Shown piece after piece: positions 58,801 through 64,000 of a DNA stretch of 64,000 bases. Position 1 is the first letter of the stretch, and each line of letters opens with the position of its first letter. Origin of the DNA: Candidatus Obscuribacteraceae bacterium (GTDB lineage: Bacteria; Cyanobacteriota; Vampirovibrionia; Obscuribacterales; Obscuribacteraceae); NCBI GenBank assembly GCA_044226015.1, contig JBGAHS010000001.1, positions 1,088,001 to 1,152,000 on the forward strand, given 5' to 3'. The translations under genes were made by a program, and so were the position numbers. The notes under the pieces are model-generated. The model was given only the letters and a program-made list of their open reading frames with translations. It was not told the DNA's origin and made no database searches.

Positions 58801-59005
58801 TGCTTGCAATTGCTGCTGAAATGCTCAAAACTAATTTCGGACTTGGAGTTTCCATCCTTTTTATATTGACCACGCCGAGAGATTAAATCTAGAATGAGCT
58901 TTAGGCTGCAAAACTGTCCAAAATCCGTTGTCATTGGATAAATACCCATATCACCACCAGTGGGACAGCAAGAAAACGAGCTTGCCTGTTTTTAGGAGAG
59001 AGGGT

Positions 59006-61615
59006 TTGACACCGCAGAATACGCATGATGAGATGAACCAGGCTTCGGATAGAGGCTGGGAAGCGCTTGCGCAGTCTGAGTTTGCGGTGGCGTTAGAGCA
59101 GTATGAAATCGCTGCGGCGGCTGCCCGTGCGCTCACGCAGCGCAGTGCGGAGGCTGTCTTTCTGAGCTACGTCGGTGTGGCGCACCGTGGCTTGGACAAT
59201 CCGGAGGCGGCGCGTCGCGCATTAGAGTCGTCATTGCAGATTGCCGAGGAGGAGAACAATCTCCAGGTAATCGGGCACGTTTGTTATTTGTTGGCGGAAC
59301 TTTGTTGCGATGAAGGCGACGAGAGTTCGGCGATTTCGCTTTTGTGGCGTTCGCTTGATTGCGCGCTTGAGGTTCATGATGGGGAAACCGGCGAGGTTGC
59401 CCTCGGCCGTGTTGGCGAAATCTATCGCAATCGCGGTTGGCTTGAGCAGGCGGCTGAGTGTTTCAGGCAAGCTGCAGAATTAGGTAGTGACAAACGAAAT
59501 AGAATAGCCTGGTTGGGAAATCTTGGGCAGACGCTCACTGAGATGGGCGACCTCAAGGGGGCGCTGCCACGCTTTCAGGAAGCATTGCAATTAGCTGATG
59601 AACTTGGAGACGAAAAGTCTAAGTCGCATTGTATATCTAGTGAGGCGCTCGTCTATTTTGAAGAGGGCGATCTGGACAAAGCTAAGGAGTGCATGCAAGA
59701 GGCATTGACGCTGGCTCGACAAATGAACGACCGCCGGGCTGAGTCTTGTTTGCTGGGAAATTTAGGAAACGTCTATCTAAAGTTGAAGGAATCTGCCAAG
59801 GCGTCAGAGCTTTGCAATCAGGCGCTGGAACTGGCGCAGGCTGCCGGTGACAAGCGAACGGCTGCGGCGCAGTTGGATAGTCTCGGCGATTGCAGTATGC
59901 AAGTCGGCGAGTATGAGAAAGCCCTGGAATATTATTCGCAAGCGCAGAAAGAAGCTGCCGAGATTTGCGACAGGCTTGGTGAACGTGTTTATCGTGCGAA
60001 CTGTGGCAAAGTCCTGCGGCAGCTCGGTCGCACCGATGAGGCACTTCAGCACTTGAGTGCTGCTGCCAATCTTTTTGAGGAACAGCGTGCGCGAATTATT
60101 CAAAGCGACAGTTTGAAGACTTCATTTGCCGCTGCGGGGCAGCAGATTTATCGCGACATCATATCACTTTGCATAGAAAACGGACGGCGCGTCGAAGCTG
60201 TCGAGTATGTTGGTCGAGCGAAGTCTCGTGCGATGCTCGATTTGCTGTCAAATTCGCCAATCGATATTTCGGATCTTGAAAAAATCGATGATGCCTCGAT
60301 TTCAAAGCTGGTTGAAAAAGAATTTGAACTGCGCAGCCAAATCGCTGCGTTAGAACGTTTGTTTGGTCAAGCGGAAGATACTGGACACCGCGGTGCCACT
60401 CCGACGATGGAAGATGTTCCGCGACTCTACAGGCAGTGGCATGATGTGGTGGATCAATTACGCCGCAGGCACCCGTCTTATGCGAGCATGGTGTCGGTTG
60501 ACCCTTTGAATTATCAGGATATTTCGGATATGTGGCAAGACGGAAGCAGCATGCTTAGTGCTTCTGACGCTATTGTCGAGTTCTTCTGGTCCGACGGACT
60601 TTTCCTTACTGCTGCGATGTGGGACGGCTTGAAGCAACCATATATGCATTTGGTTCCTGAAGATCAATTGATGGAACTTGAGTCTGATTTATACGATTTC
60701 CTTGAGATGTCGTCGACTGAGGGATGGGAAGTTCCTGTCAGCATTTGCAAGAGACTGGGTGAAAAACTTCTCGGCTCTTTGCTCAAGTCCATGCCTGAGG
60801 CAATCGAACGCATTATTCTTGTTCCACACGGAATGCTGCACAAGCTGCCTTTCTCTGCTCTGCACGACGGCGAGAAATATATCATTGAAAAGTATGCAAT
60901 AAGCGTGTTGCCGTCTAGCAGTCTAATCAAGCTATTGGGTGACCGTCACCAAAATGCCACTGCAGATGGTAGCTACCTTATTTCTGCTATCAGTGATTAT
61001 TCAGCCACAAGAGACGATGGCGTAAACTTTAGCGCTAGATTGAGATCTTCTGCTGGCTTAGAAGATCTAAGCTATACGATTGAAGAAGCCAAAACCGTAT
61101 ACGGTTTGGCTGCAAAAATTGTGCCTGAGGCGCATTTCCTTTCGAATGAAGAAGTGAAGCCAGCATTGCTTGAACATTTCCGTAACTACTCGGTAATTCA
61201 CTTTGCAGGTCACGCCGTTTTCAATCCCGAAGAACCGATGGCATCTGGTCTTGTGCTGGCTGACGGAAGCGTTCTGACTGCTGCGCGTATTTTGCAAGAT
61301 TCTTCTTTCCGGACTGACAAAGGTAAATTGTTGATTCTGTCAGCTTGCCAAACCGGGGTGAATGTAATCACAAGCGGTGGAGAAATCGTGGGGTTGGCAC
61401 GTGCACTTTTCTATGCTGGAATGCCCAATTTGATCTCCAGCTTGTGGGAAGTAGCAGATCGCTCAACTGCTCAATTGATGCAGGACTTCCATGCTTTCTG
61501 GCAAGCCGGAAAAATAAGTATTTCGCGAGCGCTGAGGGAAGCTCAGGCTAAGGCAATTAAAGAAGGAATGCCTGTGCATGCCTGGGCACCATTCATCCAT
61601 CTAGGTATAGATTAG
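59006..61615 (+). CDS. TPR + CHAT (caspase-like) protease
   Basis: TTG start after AGGAGAGAGG; many TPRs; RAKSRAMLDLL, LVPHGMLHKLPFSAL, IHFAGH (His), LSACQTG (Cys), SLWEVAD, WAPF. Confidence 0.92.
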   Translation: MTPQNTHDEMNQASDRGWEALAQSEFAVALEQYEIAAAAARALTQRSAEAVFLSYVGVAHRGLDNPEAARRALESSLQIAEEENNLQVIGHVCYLLAELCCDEGDESSAISLLWRSLDCALEVHDGETGEVALGRVGEIYRNRGWLEQAAECFRQAAELGSDKRNRIAWLGNLGQTLTEMGDLKGALPRFQEALQLADELGDEKSKSHCISSEALVYFEEGDLDKAKECMQEALTLARQMNDRRAESCLLGNLGNVYLKLKESAKASELCNQALELAQAAGDKRTAAAQLDSLGDCSMQVGEYEKALEYYSQAQKEAAEICDRLGERVYRANCGKVLRQLGRTDEALQHLSAAANLFEEQRARIIQSDSLKTSFAAAGQQIYRDIISLCIENGRRVEAVEYVGRAKSRAMLDLLSNSPIDISDLEKIDDASISKLVEKEFELRSQIAALERLFGQAEDTGHRGATPTMEDVPRLYRQWHDVVDQLRRRHPSYASMVSVDPLNYQDISDMWQDGSSMLSASDAIVEFFWSDGLFLTAAMWDGLKQPYMHLVPEDQLMELESDLYDFLEMSSTEGWEVPVSICKRLGEKLLGSLLKSMPEAIERIILVPHGMLHKLPFSALHDGEKYIIEKYAISVLPSSSLIKLLGDRHQNATADGSYLISAISDYSATRDDGVNFSARLRSSAGLEDLSYTIEEAKTVYGLAAKIVPEAHFLSNEEVKPALLEHFRNYSVIHFAGHAVFNPEEPMASGLVLADGSVLTAARILQDSSFRTDKGKLLILSACQTGVNVITSGGEIVGLARALFYAGMPNLISSLWEVADRSTAQLMQDFHAFWQAGKISISRALREAQAKAIKEGMPVHAWAPFIHLGID

Positions 61616-61626
61616 AGGACCCCGGC

Positions 61627-61742
61627 ATCGCGTCTGTTTCCGTCAGGTATCGCGTCTGTACCCGTCTGGGATCGCGTCTGTACTCGTATGGGCTCGCGTC
61701 TGTACTCGTATGGGCTCGCGTCTGTATCCGTCAGGTATCGCG
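61627..61742. repeat. 22-bp tandem repeat, five copies plus a partial
   Basis: atcgcgtctgtttccgtcaggt, atcgcgtctgtacccgtctggg, atcgcgtctgtactcgtatggg, ctcgcgtctgtactcgtatggg, ctcgcgtctgtatccgtcaggt, atcgcg. Confidence 0.92.
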
Positions 61743-61938
61743 CCATCCTGGTGGCTTATGCGGACCGTGCACCATTGATGGTACCAGTCTGCTGTCTGAC
61801 TCGAATCGACAAGGCATTTATTAATCGACTTCAATAAAAATGGAACTCGATGCCTGGCAGTACGCTCCTGGTTTCACAAGACTGCCGCCTGGCTCGTTTC
61901 TCGGCTTGTGTTAGGATTCCTTACTCTACCACGCAAGG

Positions 61939-61984
61939 CGCTTGTTTCACCAAAGACTCCGTCAAGTCGATAGTGAAACAAGCG
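61939..61984. other. 12-bp perfect inverted repeat (hairpin) between convergent genes
   Basis: cgcttgtttcac (61939-61950) / gtgaaacaagcg (61973-61984) with inner gact/agtc. Confidence 0.6.
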
Positions 61985-62034
61985 GACCGAAGACTGAATT
62001 TTATATTTACAAGCAGATGTAGCTACGCAACTAA

Positions 62035-62691
62035 TCATGCGCGTTCAAGATGCTCGAGAATCTGATCGATTCTGTTTATGCGATCAAAAAAGTATGCATC
62101 TGCAATTGCAGTTGCAAGCTTGTATCCGATGAAAGCAAATAGCAATGGAATACAAACAGTAGCTACGACTCCTACGCCAATTGCCTCTGCTGGGTGCAGA
62201 AAAATGTGCAGCTTGTTAAAGAGCAACCCGAGTATTGACCAGCCGGCTAGAATGCCCACGATGAATGCAATGGTGGAAACATTCAGCCCTGCTCCTTCTC
62301 GCAGGCTCTGGAAGTTACCGTCGTAGAAGTTTCTGCGATTGATGTCCTGGCAGAGCCACGAAAAAGTATTCAAATCTGAATAACTTACGTGCTCTGTTTC
62401 TTGGCGCAGAAAGCAATCATGAATAAGGTCGCTGGTACTCTTCGCCGAGAATGATAGCTTTGATAGTAATGGCATGTTTGTATGTAGAAAGTCTTTGAGG
62501 CGTTGATTGCCGTTGAATTGGTCAATCTCATCATTGCTAATGCAGCCGTTGTGATTCTTATCGATTGATTGAAAGTTCTCAGATATCAGTGAGTATATGT
62601 CCTTGGCGATTTGAATGCCTGGGCGTTCGCGATTGCTAAACACTTCTGGCTCAGCTTCGATTTTTGTTTTTGGTTCCATTTGGAGCAACAT
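62035..62691 (-). CDS. Hypothetical membrane protein with an EF-hand-like loop
   Basis: DKNHNGCISNDEI (DxNxNG..S.E); two C-terminal TM segments; AGGA RBS. Confidence 0.7.
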   Translation of the reverse strand: MLLQMEPKTKIEAEPEVFSNRERPGIQIAKDIYSLISENFQSIDKNHNGCISNDEIDQFNGNQRLKDFLHTNMPLLSKLSFSAKSTSDLIHDCFLRQETEHVSYSDLNTFSWLCQDINRRNFYDGNFQSLREGAGLNVSTIAFIVGILAGWSILGLLFNKLHIFLHPAEAIGVGVVATVCIPLLFAFIGYKLATAIADAYFFDRINRIDQILEHLERA

Positions 62692-62972
62692 AAGTAATCC
62701 TTTCCTCTTCCTGTACAGCAGTTAGACCGAAAGAAGCGCACTCTCTTCCGCATCGTTATGCAATTCACTGCCGATTAATAACCAGTTATATGCGCAAGTC
62801 CGCAAATCTTGCCGCCGCTATTGCGGGAAATCCCACTTTGATCGGTGCTAAAGATGAGGCTGCTTTTCGAAGCAGCTGTAACGCTTGACTCAGCAGGTGA
62901 ATGCATCATGTTGTATGCAAGGTGCGCCTCGTTCTGCGATAATTACCTTGCACAGGCAACCAGGATGATCAA

Positions 62973-63536
62973 ATGAGCAGAGCAAAACACTTCAATGTGC
63001 AATTCATCATTGTCAGTACTATTTGCGCATTTTCAGTAATAAGTAAGCAGGCTTTTGCAGCGACTCCGGAGAAGAAAGATCCACTTCTTATATATAGGAA
63101 TGCTGGAATTAACTCGGAGCAAGAGGCGAAGATCAAACAGATTGTGCAAGAGTATGAAAAGGCTGGCAAGGTGCGTGTTGAACGCCTGCGTAATTTGTCG
63201 AAGCAGATAAAGGATTTGTCTTATGATGCTGAGTTGGATGAGAACAAAATTCTCAACGTTCAATCTGAGATAAACGAGTTGCAAGCGACCGTAAATACAG
63301 AACGCACCAAGCTAATGGTGAAACTGCGCAGCGTGCTTACACCTGAGCAGAAGGAAAAGTTCGTTGACCTTATGCGCGAGGGCGATCCGCAGGCTCCACC
63401 CAAGAAGGCAAAGGTTGAGAGTCCAAAGTCAGCTTCTGATGCTAATTCGCCGGTGGCAGCACCGCCATCGCCCTCGCCCACCCCTTCACCTGCAGCAACT
63501 ACTTCACAGCCAGAGCTAGGCGGACCTGCACCTTAG
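62973..63536 (+). CDS. Spy/CpxP-like periplasmic protein
   Basis: Signal peptide; INSEQEAKIKQI and VLTPEQK (LTxxQ) motifs; Pro-rich tail. Confidence 0.8.
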   Translation: MSRAKHFNVQFIIVSTICAFSVISKQAFAATPEKKDPLLIYRNAGINSEQEAKIKQIVQEYEKAGKVRVERLRNLSKQIKDLSYDAELDENKILNVQSEINELQATVNTERTKLMVKLRSVLTPEQKEKFVDLMREGDPQAPPKKAKVESPKSASDANSPVAAPPSPSPTPSPAATTSQPELGGPAP

Positions 63537-63715
63537 TTGTGGACGCCGTCGTAAGGGGTTCTGTGAATTGGAGTAATCTCAATCAGCGTTTACGGTTTGC
63601 TCACGTCATCTGATTTGTCTAACGCATCTGCTTTTTCGGTCGATGTTTTCTTATCAATCGGATCTGCAGAGAATAATTTGAATCTTTCAAAGACAAGATT
63701 TTCGATTTGCGACTT

Positions 63716-64000
63716 TTACGCCCGTAAGGCCATGTAATGCATCGTAGCAAAGTTATTGCTGTAATCAATTCTGCTAATCGAACCTGTAGGAATCGAAACC
63801 CGCCAGAAATTGTCGATTGGCATTCCGAGGGCTTTCACTATGGCAGTGCGAATAACGCCAGCGTGTGTGACAAGAAAGAGTTTTTTGCCCTGGTGTTCTG
63901 TAATCACCTTGTGCAAATCTATGTCCACCCGTTCCGCAAGTTCTTCTATTGATTCGCCACCCGGAGCCGCATTGCGAACCGGGTCAGCGCACCATTTCTT
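63716..64000 (-). CDS. Histidine phosphatase family protein, 3' part only (runs off window end)
   Basis: W.ADP...APGGESIEELAERV, LFLVTHAGVIR, PTGSISRI. Confidence 0.88.
   Translation of the reverse strand, partial: KKWCADPVRNAAPGGESIEELAERVDIDLHKVITEHQGKKLFLVTHAGVIRTAIVKALGMPIDNFWRVSIPTGSISRIDYSNNFATMHYMALRA

Noticed and set aside
58928..59005. Longer N-terminus for the CHAT protein given by the ORF track
   Set aside because: A strong RBS precedes TTG at 59006, so the upstream extension is probably untranslated.
61627..61742. Possible CRISPR array
   Set aside because: Units are contiguous 22-mers with similar variable halves, no unique spacers, and no cas genes in the window.
63590..63715. 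Open frame continuing about 40 codons past the histidine phosphatase stop
   Set aside because: The phosphatase already ends at a normal position for the family; no independent start or RBS; likely chance.
1..64000. Mobile elements, prophage, tRNA or rRNA genes
   Set aside because: No transposase, integrase, phage structural motifs or structural RNA signatures recognised by eye; a tRNAscan/Infernal run would be needed to exclude small RNAs.

Overview
A gene-dense bacterial chromosomal window with about 45 supportable CDS. I recognised no rRNA, tRNA, CRISPR array, transposase or phage gene. A cyanobacteria-like holA, no photosynthesis genes in the window, and many TPR, MshEN-repeat and leaderless orphan proteins suggest a non-photosynthetic cyanobacterial relative (Vampirovibrionia/Obscuribacterales-like); this is inference only. 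Housekeeping genes are rph, gpmI, a phoR/phoB/phoU-like trio, holA, a LOG-family gene, udk, serA and ahcY, the last preceded by a clear SAH riboswitch with an overlapping terminator. The standout is a 2530-aa protein (34786-42378). It comprises YD-like beta repeats, annexin-like repeats, a glycine-rich hydrophobic segment, a Thr/Pro linker and a C-terminal domain carrying OspF/SpvC-type phosphothreonine-lyase motifs. An overlapping orphan gene follows, making this a candidate undescribed polymorphic toxin/effector system. Other notable items: a similarly built patatin effector candidate, a tandem RlaP-like nucleotidyltransferase pair, secreted BPL-N paralogues (one fused to NlpC/P60), an ATL-esterase in-frame fusion, a TPR-Tudor protein, a TPR-CHAT protease and two intergenic tandem-repeat arrays. 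All family assignments are from motif recognition by eye, not database searches.
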